Below, piece by piece: positions 19,343 through 29,095 of a stretch of DNA of 64,000 nucleotides; the stretch's first letter is position 1; each line of letters begins with the position of its first letter. The position numbers and the translations under genes were made by a program. Source of the stretch: an uncultured Gemmataceae bacterium (GTDB lineage Bacteria; Planctomycetota; Planctomycetia; Gemmatales; Gemmataceae). Location of the stretch: NCBI GenBank assembly GCA_963750165.1, contig CAVVPN010000003.1, forward strand, positions 2,560,001-2,624,000. Direction: 5' to 3'. Under the pieces are notes generated by a model. That model did no database searches. It worked only from the letters and a program-made list of their open reading frames with translations, and had not been told where the DNA came from.

Positions 19343-21667
19343 ATGCGGCCCGTCACCCTCTCGCTCGCCTGCACCATTGCCTGGCTGTTGACCGGCGCGG
19401 CCAGCGCGCCCGCCCAGGAAAACCCCAGCGACAAGCCTGTCCTCCGCTCCGTCAAGAGCGGCCCCTGGTCGGCATCGGCTACCTGGGAGGGCGGCAAGGT
19501 CCCCGGCGCCGGCGCCCGCGTCCTGATCCGCGCCGGCCATCGCATCCTGTACGACATCAAGTCCGATGAGCCGATCCGCGCCGTCAACGTGGCCGGTACT
19601 CTGAGCTTCGCCACCGACCGCGACACACGCCTGACCGTCGGCCTCCTCAAGATTCAGGACAGCGAGACGTACAGCGAGGACGGCTTTGACTGCGCGGTCC
19701 ACCTGACGGCCCCCGATGCCAAAAAGGACCGCGCCGCCCTGGAAGTCGGCACGCCCAACCAGCCCGTCGCGGCCAGGCACACCGCCACCATCCGCCTGGC
19801 GTACCTCGACGGCATGGACAAACAGTCCTGCCCGGCCATCGTCTGTTGTGGTGGCCGCATGGACTTCCACGGCGCCCCCCTGAGCCGCACCTGGCTCAAG
19901 CTCGGCGCCACGGCGAAGAAGGGCGACGCCACCGCCACACTGGCCGAACCCGTGACCGGCTGGCGCGTCGGCGACCGCGTTATTGTCACCGCCACCACCA
20001 CGCCGAATTACCAGCACGAATGGCAGACGGAGGAGCGCACCATCCGCGCCGTCAGTGACAGCACCGTGACACTGGACCGGCCGCTGGCGTTCGAGCACCT
20101 CGGCGCCGGCGAGTACCGCGGCGAGATCGCGAACCTCAGCCGCAACGTCGTCGTCGAATCGGCGGACCCGAAGGGCGTCCGCGGCCACACCATGTACCAC
20201 CGCCACAGCGCCGGCGCCATCAGTTACGCGGAGTTCCGCCACCTCGGCAAGGAAGGCGTCCTCGGCCGCTACAGTCTGCACTACCACCTCGTCGGCGACA
20301 CCATGCGCGGCAGTTACGTCCTCGGCGCCTCCATCTGGGACAGCCACAACCGCTGGCTGACCATTCACGGCACCAATTACCTGGTCGTCCGCGACTGCGT
20401 CGGCTACCAGAGCATTGGCCACGGCTTTTTCTTCGAGGACGGCACCGAGGTCTACAACGTCCTCGACCGCAACCTGGCGGTGCAGGCGAAGCAGGGCAAG
20501 CGGCTGCCGCGGCAGATGCTGCCGTTCGACGCCAACGAGGGGTCCGGTTTCTGGTGGGCCAACAGCCTGAACACCTTCACGCGCAACGTCTCCTGCGAGA
20601 ATCACCGCTACGGCTACCGCTACGAGGCGACGCAGGGCAGTTCCTTCAAGCTCACCCTGCCCGTGCAGCAGGCGGACGGCACCCTGAAAAAGCTGGACAT
20701 CCGCACGCTGCCGTTCGTCCGCTTCGACGACAACGAGGCGCACTGCGACGGCCTGTACGGCATCAACCTCGGCGAGGGCGTCAACCGTGTCGGCCCGGAC
20801 GCGCGGCACCCGTTCGTGATGCGCAACACGAAAATCTGGTCCGTCCACTACGCCCTGCGGCCGCAGGTGCCGGCGCTGCTGGTCGAGAACCTGAAAATCT
20901 GGAAGGCGGCCTACGGCGTCTACCACCCCAATTACGACAACCACGTCTACCGCAACGTCTACATCGGCTACACCAACACTGAGCCGTTCAACCGCGGCCA
21001 CGACGACCTCAGCACCCAGTACGGCGTGCTGACCGTGGACGGCCTGACCTTCGACGGCATCCGCTCCGGCAGCTTCATGCCGTTGATCCAGATCAGCGAC
21101 GACAACATGAGCAGCACGGCGGCATCGCACTTCCGCAACGTCAAGGTGACCAACTGGAGTGGCGACAAGAAGCGGGCCATCGTCAACCTGGGCGGCGGTC
21201 CGCGGCCGATGCCGAAGACCGATAAGGGTGTGCCGATCTACCTGCACGACCACTTCGGCCCCGGCCGCACCGCCAAGATTGTCAGCACGAAAACCAAGGA
21301 ACTCAAAACCGACGGCCTCGTCTACCGCGAGGAAGCGCTGCTGACCGGCGATCAGTCGCGCGTCGCGGAAACGAAGGGCGTCGTGTTCCCGAAGCTGCTC
21401 GACCCAGTGGACGATTTGCCGCCGGCCACGGTCATCACGCACGTGCGGCGAGTGGACGGCAAGGTGATCGTGCGCGGCACCACGTCGGACAATGGTACGG
21501 TCAAGCGCGTGGTGGTCAGCGGCACCGAGGCCCGACCGCTCAGCGCCAACTTCGCGGAGTGGGAGGCGGTGCTGGAGGGCGTGCGGGGCGGGCTGACGTT
21601 GCAGGCTTTCGCGGAGGATGCCGCGGGCAACATCGAACAGCGGCCGCATGTCGTGGTGCTGCGCTGA
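19343..21667 (+). CDS. Secreted G8 domain / right-handed beta-helix protein
   Basis: Signal peptide; SVKSGPWSASATWEGGKVPGAGARVLI (G8 start); EIANLSRNVVVES; EFRHLGKEGVLGRYSLHYH; GHGFFFEDGTE (CEMIP/TMEM2-like beta-helix); C-terminal Ig-like AEDAAGN. Confidence 0.85.
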   Translation: MRPVTLSLACTIAWLLTGAASAPAQENPSDKPVLRSVKSGPWSASATWEGGKVPGAGARVLIRAGHRILYDIKSDEPIRAVNVAGTLSFATDRDTRLTVGLLKIQDSETYSEDGFDCAVHLTAPDAKKDRAALEVGTPNQPVAARHTATIRLAYLDGMDKQSCPAIVCCGGRMDFHGAPLSRTWLKLGATAKKGDATATLAEPVTGWRVGDRVIVTATTTPNYQHEWQTEERTIRAVSDSTVTLDRPLAFEHLGAGEYRGEIANLSRNVVVESADPKGVRGHTMYHRHSAGAISYAEFRHLGKEGVLGRYSLHYHLVGDTMRGSYVLGASIWDSHNRWLTIHGTNYLVVRDCVGYQSIGHGFFFEDGTEVYNVLDRNLAVQAKQGKRLPRQMLPFDANEGSGFWWANSLNTFTRNVSCENHRYGYRYEATQGSSFKLTLPVQQADGTLKKLDIRTLPFVRFDDNEAHCDGLYGINLGEGVNRVGPDARHPFVMRNTKIWSVHYALRPQVPALLVENLKIWKAAYGVYHPNYDNHVYRNVYIGYTNTEPFNRGHDDLSTQYGVLTVDGLTFDGIRSGSFMPLIQISDDNMSSTAASHFRNVKVTNWSGDKKRAIVNLGGGPRPMPKTDKGVPIYLHDHFGPGRTAKIVSTKTKELKTDGLVYREEALLTGDQSRVAETKGVVFPKLLDPVDDLPPATVITHVRRVDGKVIVRGTTSDNGTVKRVVVSGTEARPLSANFAEWEAVLEGVRGGLTLQAFAEDAAGNIEQRPHVVVLR

Positions 21668-21686
21668 CCGGGCAGCGCAAACAAAC

Positions 21687-21716
21687 GGCCGCGGTTCCCC
21701 GATGGGAACCGCGGCC
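21687..21716. terminator. GC-rich hairpin between convergent genes
   Basis: ggccgcggttccc-cgat-gggaaccgcggcc, 13-bp stem; tttgtttg follows on the minus strand. Confidence 0.6.
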
Positions 21717-21786
21717 TCGACTTCCCTTCCGCTCCTGACGCCGACTCACGAGCGGCCAACGTGGGGTCGGCCGCCGGTTTGCGGAA

Positions 21787-22245
21787 TCACGCTTTCACCT
21801 CGATCCGGCGGGCCACCGCTTCCGGGATGCGCGGGACGCGCACTTCGAGAACGCCGTTCCGGTAGGTCGCTTCAATCTTCTCCAACTCGACCTCCGGCGG
21901 CAGCGTCAGCACGCGCCGCACATGAGCAACCACGCGCTCAGCGGCTTCCGCACCTTCCGCGGCCGCCTCCCGGTGTTCCGCCTCGACCGTCAACCGATCA
22001 CCCAGCACCTCCACGCGCACCTCCGGCGGCTCAAAGCCCGGCAATTCCGCGCGGATGACAACTTCCCGCTCGCGCTCCTCCATCGTCAGCGCACGTGCGA
22101 GTGGCCACTCGGACAGTTCCTCACCCATCCTGGTGCCGAGAAAGCGGTCGAACAGGGGCGTGAACTCATTCATCATCCAGTCGAACGGGGCTTCCAGACG
22201 CGGCAGCAGCGCCACCGGTCTCGTCCGCGGCGTGAGTGCAAACAT
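21787..22245 (-). CDS. Hsp20/alpha-crystallin small heat shock protein
   Basis: AGGAGGT RBS; VVIRAELPGF...LTLPPEVELEKIEATYRNGVLEVRVPR. Confidence 0.92.
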   Translation of the reverse strand: MFALTPRTRPVALLPRLEAPFDWMMNEFTPLFDRFLGTRMGEELSEWPLARALTMEEREREVVIRAELPGFEPPEVRVEVLGDRLTVEAEHREAAAEGAEAAERVVAHVRRVLTLPPEVELEKIEATYRNGVLEVRVPRIPEAVARRIEVKA

Positions 22246-22398
22246 AACCCACCTCCTTTTCGACGGATGCCAGCGATTTTTTCTGGGCGATGGGGAGGGG
22301 AGCGACTGGCCGGTGGTGTCGGTGCTCGCCTTTCTTCCTCCCTAGGATTAGAGGGTCTGGCGAGGGGAAGGGATTCAAGTTTTTTTCAAGCAGAACCC

Positions 22399-22460
22399 CG
22401 TTGACGCCTCGCGTCAACGTTGTGGCCCGGTCTCCGGACATCCAGAGACCGGGCCACAAC
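22399..22460. repeat. Two adjacent inverted repeats (9-bp and 16-bp stems), REP/terminator-like
   Basis: cgttgacgc-ctc-gcgtcaacg, then gttgtggcccggtctc-N10-gagaccgggccacaac. Confidence 0.7.
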
Positions 22461-22491
22461 CGTGTCATTTTCACTGATCACCGACCACGGC

Positions 22492-23878
22492 TCACGGCGG
22501 CGAAGACGGGAAGATTTCCTCATACTCGGAGGAGTCCTCGTGCTCGCCGACGCGCGCCGGCACAATCACGAGGTCGTCGTTCATCTCGCCGCGCGTGAAC
22601 AGCTTGCGGAACTTGGTGACGAACAGCCCCGCCCGCAGATGGCCCGTCAACTCTTGCAACTGGCGGACATCCTCCTCGGGCACGTGGCGTACCAGGTAGC
22701 CGTTCGGCCGGTCCTGGTGCGCCTTCTGCAGGCGCGCCAGGATGGTCTTGACGACCGCTGCCCGGCGCTGCGGATCTTGCACGTCCGCCTGGGTGAAGCC
22801 CTCGTCCACGTTGGGCACCTTCTCGGAGTATGCGGCCTGACCGCGCAACACCTGAATGTCGGTGTCGGTGAGGCGCCGGGCCCACTCCATCGTGGTGGGC
22901 ACGCGGCCTTGCGCGTTGGGCTGCGGCCGCTGCTTGGCCCTGAAAGTGAAGCCCAGCTCCTGGCCGCGCTTCAGCAAGTCGGGGATCTGCGTGCTGATGG
23001 CATTCAACCACTCCTCGCCCTTGCCCGGCAGCGTCTTGATTTTGCCGCTGCGCGGTCCGCAACATCGGCACCCATTGATACTGGTAGCTCATGTCCCCTT
23101 GCAGATCGACCTTGTACGGCGCCTGCACATAGAAGAGGGCTTCCGTCTTATCCTTCACGGAAATCTGCGTGATCTTGAGCGGATAGACCAGCTTGTCGCT
23201 GGCGAAGGTGAAGCGCGTGGGCGTGACCTCACCGTCGTAAGTACCGTCCTTGTTCTTCTTCATCTGCATGGTGTCGATCTTCATGACGGTGAAGACCCAC
23301 TTCTTCTGCACGTAATGGTTCAGCGTCGCCTCATCCCCCGCGTAGCTGTACTTGTTGGCCTTCAGCCAGGCGTACAGCGCGTCGGCACGGGCCGCCTCGA
23401 TGATCTTGTAATCCAGCGAGCCGACCACCCCCACTTCGAGAATCTTGATGAGCGGCGGCGCCTTGGTCTCCTCGTCACTCCCCCCGTCCTTTTTGGCGCC
23501 GCCCTTCCCCTTCGCCTTTCCTCCCCCACCGAACTTCGACGTCCGAACCAATTTGGAGGCCGGGTACTGCCGTCGCTTGAGGATCGAGTAGACGGCCAGA
23601 TCCTTGAAGAACCCCTTGGGCATTTCGTTCAGTTTCGGCTGCGTGGGCGTGGGGATGACCATGCCGAAGTCCAGGGCGTTGCCCTCGAACTTCGGCTGCA
23701 CCGTGAACGTCTCCACCTGCTTCTGCGGGTCCCAGGTGATGAATACCTTCTGCGCCGGTTGCAGGATGTCGGTGTTTTTCGCCGAGAAGTAACAGCACGC
23801 CGCGTCCGCCGTCGCGGGCACCAACGCCGCGACTGCCGTCAGCAACGGCAGGGCGAGGCGCGCCAGCAGTCTTCGCAT
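22492..23878 (-). CDS. DUF2330 family secreted protein, paralog 1; +1 frameshift at ~23050
   Basis: Signal peptide plus ACCYFSAKNTDILQPAQKVFITWD...FTVQPKFEGNALDFGMVIPTP. Joining ORFs 22520..23878 and 22492..23007 gives MLRTA-SGKIKTLPGKGEEWLNAI, colinear with the other paralogs. Confidence 0.85.
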
Positions 23879-24019
23879 GGTCTTGCTCCTTCGCGTGAGG
23901 GGTGAGGGAATAATTCTGGCAACGGGTTTCGAGTCTTGCGCCGAACACTCTACCTCTTGTAACCACCCGCGCCGGGCGAAGTTCTGCGCGGCGCGAAAAA
24001 AGGCACGACCGGGGGCCGC

Positions 24020-25411
24020 TCACGGGGGCGAGGTGGGCAGGATTTCTTCATACTCGGAGTTGTCTTCGTGCTCGCCAACGCGCGCCGGCACGATGACGAG
24101 GTCGTCGTTCATCTCGGCGCGCGTGAACAGCTTGCGGAACTTGGTGATGAACAGGCCGGCTTGCAGGTGGCCGGTCAATTCCTGCAAGCGGCGCACGTCC
24201 TCGCTTGGGGCCTGGCGGACGAGGTAGCCGATGGGCCGCTCCTTGTGGGCCTTCTGCAGCCGGGCCTGGATGACCTTGCTGACCGCCTGGGCGCGGTTGG
24301 CGTTTTTGAGGTCCGCCTCGGTGAAGCCGTCATCGACGTTGGGCACCTTCTCGCTGTAGGGGGCGGCACCACGCAGCACCTTGATGTCGTTGTCGGTGAA
24401 CCGGCGGGCCCACTCCATCGTGGTGGCAACACGGCCCTGCTGGTTGGGTTGGGGCCGCTGGCCGGCAACGAAGGGGAAGCCCAACGCTTCGCCGCGCCTG
24501 AGCAACTGGGGGATCTGCCGGTCGATCGCTTTCAGCCAGTCGGCGCCCTTGCCCGGGAGCCCGCCAGGGGTGCAGCCCGACGCATCTTGCAGCATGGGCA
24601 CCCATTGATACTGGTAGCTCATGTCGTTCTGGAGATCGACCTTGAACGGCGCCTGCACATAGAACAGCGCCTCGGTCCTGTCCTTGACGGAGATCTGCGT
24701 GATCTTGAGCGGGTAGACCAGCTTGCCGCTGGCGAACTGGAAGCGCGTGGGCGTCACTTCTCCGGCATAGGAGCCGTCCTTGTTCTTCTTCATTTGCATG
24801 GTGTCAATCTTCATCACGGTGAAGACCCATTTCTTCTGCACGTAATGGTTCAGCGTCGCCTCATCCCCCGCGTAGCCGTACTTGTTGGCCTTCAGCCAGG
24901 CGAACAGCGCATCCGCCCGGTTGGCCTCGATGATCTTGTAATCCAGTGAACCGACGACACCCTGCTCCAGCACGACAACGGCGGAACTACTTTTGCTCCT
25001 CCGAGAATGCTCTTCTTCCTCTTCTTCCTCGTCCCAGTACCAACTCCAGTGAGGCCGACAGGCGGCCCTGAGCTTCCACAGCAACGTGGATTGCGGGAAC
25101 TTGCGTTGCTTGAGGATCGAGTACACCGCGAGGTGCTTGAAGAAGTCGCGCGGCATCTCGTGCAGCTTCGGCTGCGTGGGGGTCGGAATCACCATGCCGA
25201 AGTCCAGGGCGTTGCCCTCGAACCTGGGCTGCACCGTGAACGACTCCAGCTGTTTCGCCGGATCCCAGGTGATGAAGACTTTTTGCGCCGGCTGCAAAAT
25301 GTCTGCGTTCTGCGCCGAGAAGTAACAGCACGCCGCGTCCGCCGCGCATGGGGCCAGTCCACCCAGCGTGAGCACGGCCAGCGACCACCAACGGAAGTGC
25401 CTTCGGTCCAT
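24020..25411 (-). CDS. DUF2330 family secreted protein, paralog 2
   Basis: AAGGA RBS before MDRRHFRWW; signal peptide; ACCYFSAQNADILQPAQK; ends SEYEEILPTSPP. Confidence 0.88.
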   Translation of the reverse strand: MDRRHFRWWSLAVLTLGGLAPCAADAACCYFSAQNADILQPAQKVFITWDPAKQLESFTVQPRFEGNALDFGMVIPTPTQPKLHEMPRDFFKHLAVYSILKQRKFPQSTLLWKLRAACRPHWSWYWDEEEEEEEHSRRSKSSSAVVVLEQGVVGSLDYKIIEANRADALFAWLKANKYGYAGDEATLNHYVQKKWVFTVMKIDTMQMKKNKDGSYAGEVTPTRFQFASGKLVYPLKITQISVKDRTEALFYVQAPFKVDLQNDMSYQYQWVPMLQDASGCTPGGLPGKGADWLKAIDRQIPQLLRRGEALGFPFVAGQRPQPNQQGRVATTMEWARRFTDNDIKVLRGAAPYSEKVPNVDDGFTEADLKNANRAQAVSKVIQARLQKAHKERPIGYLVRQAPSEDVRRLQELTGHLQAGLFITKFRKLFTRAEMNDDLVIVPARVGEHEDNSEYEEILPTSPP

Positions 25412-25568
25412 CCGCGATTCCTTTCTGCAGCACGGGCGACGCAAGGGAGAACACTCCGCCAAGCATAGCCGCCCTGGTCCGGCGCCGCCAGCGCAATGCA
25501 AACGGCCGCAGCGCTCCTGCCCAGGTAGCGCTACGGTCGTTGCTGGCACTCAACATTTCTCAGCCGGC

Positions 25569-26972
25569 TCACGGGGGCGAGGTGGGCAGGATTTCTTCGT
25601 ACTCAGAGCTGTCCTCGTGCTCACCGACGCGCGCCGGCACAATCACGAGGTCGTCGTTCATCTCGTCGCGCGCGAAGAGCTTGCGGAACTTGGTGATGAA
25701 CAATCCCGCCTGGACGTGGCCGGTCAGTTCCTGTAAGCGGCGCACGTCCTCGCTGGGGGCGTGGCGCACCAGATAGCCGATGGGCCGCTCTTGCCGCGCC
25801 TTCTGCAGCCGGGCGTTGATGACCTTGCTGACGGCCTGGCTGCGCTTGGCGTCCTGGATGTCCGCTTTGGTGAAGCCCTCATCGACGTTGGGCAGCTTCT
25901 CGCTGTAGGGGGCATCGCCGCGCAGCACCTTGACATCGCTGTCGGTCAGCCGCCGCGCCCACTCCATCGTGGTCATGATGTGGCCCTGCTTGTTGGGCTG
26001 GGGGCGCCGGCCCGCCATGAAGGTGAAGCCGAGGTCCTGGCCGCGCTTGAGCAGCTGGGGCATTTGTTGCTGGATGGCCTTGAGCCAGTCGGCGCCCTTG
26101 CCGGGCAGGCCGCCGGGGGTGCAACCGCTGGCGGCCTGGAGCATGGGCACCCATTGATACTGGTAGCTCAGGTCGCCTTGCAGATCCACCTTGAACGGCG
26201 CCTGCACATAGAAGAGGGCTTCCGTCTTGTCCTTCACGGAAATCTGCGTGATCTTGAGCGGATAGACCAGCTTATCGGAGGCGAACTGGAAGCGCGTGGG
26301 CGTGACTTCGCCGGCATAGCTGCCGTCCTTGTTCTTCTTCATCTGCATGGTATCGATCTTCATGACCGTGAAGACCCACTTCTTCTGCACATAGAAGTTG
26401 AGCGTCGCCTCATCCCCCGCGTAGCTGTACTTGTTCGCTTTCAGCCAGGTGAACAGCGCGTCCGCCCGGTTGGCCTCAATGATCTTGTAGTCCAGCGAAC
26501 CGACCACGCCCTGCTCCAGCACGATCACTGCCGGCTTCTCTTGTTGCTGCTGCTCCGCGTCGGCTCCGGCCTGGCGTTTATTGGCCATCCCCGGAGCACT
26601 GCCCCGTCCCCCCTTGCCGTGGTACAGCGTCGGCAGCAGCTTGGAGTGAGGAAACTCGCGTTTCTTCATGATGGAGTAGACGGCGAGGTGCTTGAAGAAG
26701 TCGCGCGGCATCTCGTGCAACTTCGGCTGCGTCGGTGTCGGAATCACCATACCGAAGTCCAGGGCGTTGCCCTCGAACTTGGGTTGTACCGTGAACGACT
26801 CCAGCTTTTTGGCCGGGTCCCAGGTAATGAAGACTTTTTGCGCCGGCTGCAGAATATCGGCATTCTGCGCCGAGAAATAGCAGCACGCCGCCCGTGCGGC
26901 GGTGGGGCCGACCGCCAGCAGCGGCAGCGCCAGCAGCGCCGTCAACCAGGGGCCTTGTCGGAATCGGGGCAT
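25569..26972 (-). CDS. DUF2330 family secreted protein, paralog 3
   Basis: AAGGAG RBS before MPRFRQGPW; signal peptide; same conserved core. Confidence 0.88.
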   Translation of the reverse strand: MPRFRQGPWLTALLALPLLAVGPTAARAACCYFSAQNADILQPAQKVFITWDPAKKLESFTVQPKFEGNALDFGMVIPTPTQPKLHEMPRDFFKHLAVYSIMKKREFPHSKLLPTLYHGKGGRGSAPGMANKRQAGADAEQQQQEKPAVIVLEQGVVGSLDYKIIEANRADALFTWLKANKYSYAGDEATLNFYVQKKWVFTVMKIDTMQMKKNKDGSYAGEVTPTRFQFASDKLVYPLKITQISVKDKTEALFYVQAPFKVDLQGDLSYQYQWVPMLQAASGCTPGGLPGKGADWLKAIQQQMPQLLKRGQDLGFTFMAGRRPQPNKQGHIMTTMEWARRLTDSDVKVLRGDAPYSEKLPNVDEGFTKADIQDAKRSQAVSKVINARLQKARQERPIGYLVRHAPSEDVRRLQELTGHVQAGLFITKFRKLFARDEMNDDLVIVPARVGEHEDSSEYEEILPTSPP

Positions 26973-27119
26973 GATGGTCCTCTCCTTTGCGGATGACACG
27001 TGTCGGATAGCAAGAGCCTAACTTACTTCATGACGATTGACAAGCCGCCGCGGATTGCGCGGCGTACACTGACCGGGTGCCGCCAGGGCACGGTCACTCG
27101 CCGGTAGTGAGGCCACCCC

Positions 27120-28586
27120 ATGTCGGAACCGTATCGCATTGTCATCGGCCTGGAAGTCCACGTGCAGCTGTTGACGCGCACCAAGCTCTTCTGCGGTTGC
27201 AGCACGCAGTTCGGTTTGCCGCCCAACTCGGCCACCTGTCCGGTGTGCATTGGCATGCCCGGTGTGTTGCCGGTCATGAACCGCCACGCCTTCGAGCTGG
27301 CCCTGCGTGCCGCCCTGGCCCTCAACTGCCACATCGCCCCGTTCACGAAATGGGACCGCAAGAATTATTACTATCCCGACCTGCCCAAGAACTATCAGAT
27401 CAGCCAGTACGACCTGCCGTTCAGCCACGACGGCTGGCTGGAGATCGAAACCGACCACGGCCCGAAGCGCGTGGGCCTGATTCGCGCCCATCTGGAGGAG
27501 GACGCCGGCAAGATGCTGCACGACGAGCACGGCCGCGGCGACAGCAAGGTCGATCTCAACCGCACCGGCACGCCGCTGGTGGAAATCGTCAGCAAGCCGG
27601 ACATGACCGCCCCGGAGGAGGCCCGCGCCTACCTCGAAGAACTGCGGCTGCTGCTGCGTGAGCTGGGCGTCTCGGACTGCGAGATGCAGGAGGGCAGTCT
27701 GCGCTGCGACGCCAACGTCAACCTGCACGTGTCGCGGCCCGACGGCGGCATGGACGCCACGCCCATCAGCGAGATCAAGAACCTCAACAGCATCCGCGGC
27801 GTTGAACACGCCCTGCGTTACGAGGCGGAACGGCAGTACGAGGAGTTCCGTCGCACCGGCGAGACGCTGAAACAGGGCTCCAAGCGCACCTACGGCTGGG
27901 ATGCGGCCCGCGGCGTCACGGTGCTGCAGCGTGCCAAGGAGGACGTGGCCGACTACCGCTATTTCCCGGAGCCGGACCTGGTGCCGGTGACGCTGACCGT
28001 GGAGGCGATTGAGCGGGCGCGGGCGACGCTGGGCGAGTTGCCGCAGGGCCAGTACGCCCGGTTGCAGAGCCAGTACGGGCTGTCGGCCTACGACGCGAAG
28101 GTGCTGACGCGGCAGGGGCGGGCGCTGGTGGCCTACTTCGAGGAAAGCGCCCTGCTCTCCGGCGACGCCAAGGAGGCGAGCAACTGGGTGACCAACCAGG
28201 TCCTGCAAACGCTCAACGAGCGCAACCTGGACGTGCGCGCCTTCCCGCTGTCGGCGGCGGCGCTGGCCGACCTCATCACCCAGCGCCGGGCGAAAAAGCT
28301 CAACGCCCAGCGGTCGCGCGAGGTCTACGCGCACATGCTGGAACACAACGTCGGGGCCGAGCCGGCCATGAAGGCGCTGGGCATCCAGGAAGGGCCGGAC
28401 GAGGGGCAGCTGCTCGACATCGTGCGCAAGGCAGTCGCGGCCAACGGCAAGGCAGTCGCGGACTACAAGAAGGGCAAGGTCAAGGCCGCCGACGCCATCA
28501 AGGGCGCCGTCATGCGCGAGACGCGCGGCATGGCCAACACCGAACTGGTGCAGAAACTGCTACAACAAGAGCTGGAAAAAACGTGA
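27120..28586 (+). CDS. gatB: Asp-tRNA(Asn)/Glu-tRNA(Gln) amidotransferase subunit B
   Basis: VIGLEVHVQL; RKNYYYPDLPKNYQISQY; HLEEDAGK; DLNRTGTPLVEIVS; EGSLRCDANV; DYRYFPEPDL. Confidence 0.98.
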   Translation: MSEPYRIVIGLEVHVQLLTRTKLFCGCSTQFGLPPNSATCPVCIGMPGVLPVMNRHAFELALRAALALNCHIAPFTKWDRKNYYYPDLPKNYQISQYDLPFSHDGWLEIETDHGPKRVGLIRAHLEEDAGKMLHDEHGRGDSKVDLNRTGTPLVEIVSKPDMTAPEEARAYLEELRLLLRELGVSDCEMQEGSLRCDANVNLHVSRPDGGMDATPISEIKNLNSIRGVEHALRYEAERQYEEFRRTGETLKQGSKRTYGWDAARGVTVLQRAKEDVADYRYFPEPDLVPVTLTVEAIERARATLGELPQGQYARLQSQYGLSAYDAKVLTRQGRALVAYFEESALLSGDAKEASNWVTNQVLQTLNERNLDVRAFPLSAAALADLITQRRAKKLNAQRSREVYAHMLEHNVGAEPAMKALGIQEGPDEGQLLDIVRKAVAANGKAVADYKKGKVKAADAIKGAVMRETRGMANTELVQKLLQQELEKT

Positions 28587-28644
28587 GCCGTTCGCCACGG
28601 CGCGGGGCCGGGGTAGGCGGCGTCAGTCGCTGGAGGGGTGCGTT

Positions 28645-28998
28645 ATGTGGTTACGCATGAGCGGCGGTCTGCTGGTGGTTGTGGCCTTTACCGTCGGCAG
28701 CCTGGAGGGGCAGGACAAAAAAGCCCCTTTGGGGGTCAAGGAAATCGTCGGCAAGGTCAAGGTCGTGGACATGACCAAGAAAACGTTCACCATCACGCTG
28801 GCGGACGGTAAGGATCGCTTGTTCCAGGTCAAACCGGAAACGAAGTTCGTCGGCCCGAAGGGCGGCGTCAGCAAGGAGGGCCTCACGGACGATCGCATGG
28901 CCAAGGGCTACGAGATCAAGGTGACGCCGGCCAAGGACGAGAAGGTTGCCGCGGTGGTCAAGTTGCCGCTCCGCAAGAGCAAGGGCAAGGGCAACTAG
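28645..28998 (+). CDS. Small secreted Lys-rich protein (possible OB-fold)
   Basis: GGAGG RBS; signal peptide; GKVKVVD...FTITL...F.VKPETKF...GYEIKVT. Confidence 0.7.
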   Translation: MWLRMSGGLLVVVAFTVGSLEGQDKKAPLGVKEIVGKVKVVDMTKKTFTITLADGKDRLFQVKPETKFVGPKGGVSKEGLTDDRMAKGYEIKVTPAKDEKVAAVVKLPLRKSKGKGN

Positions 28999-29027
28999 CG
29001 GCCGCAGTTCGGCCGGCGAGGAAACGC

Positions 29028-29056
29028 CGCGGCCCCCGGTTCCTCCGGGGGCCGCG
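29028..29056. terminator. Hairpin between convergent genes
   Basis: cgcggcccccgg-ttcct-ccgggggccgcg. Confidence 0.55.
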
Positions 29057-29095
29057 TGTCCGCTTGCAAATCAGGGTCAGGTCAGGGAGAGTGCG

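Noticed and set aside
22290..22390. CIRCE or sigma32 site upstream of hsp20
   Set aside because: No TTAGCACTC-N9-GAGTGCTAA match; a CTTGAA is present on the minus strand but the -10 match and spacing are poor.
22492..26972. Diversity-generating retroelement behind the DUF2330 variation
   Set aside because: No reverse transcriptase and no template/variable repeat pair; the loops are unalignable rather than differing at adenines.
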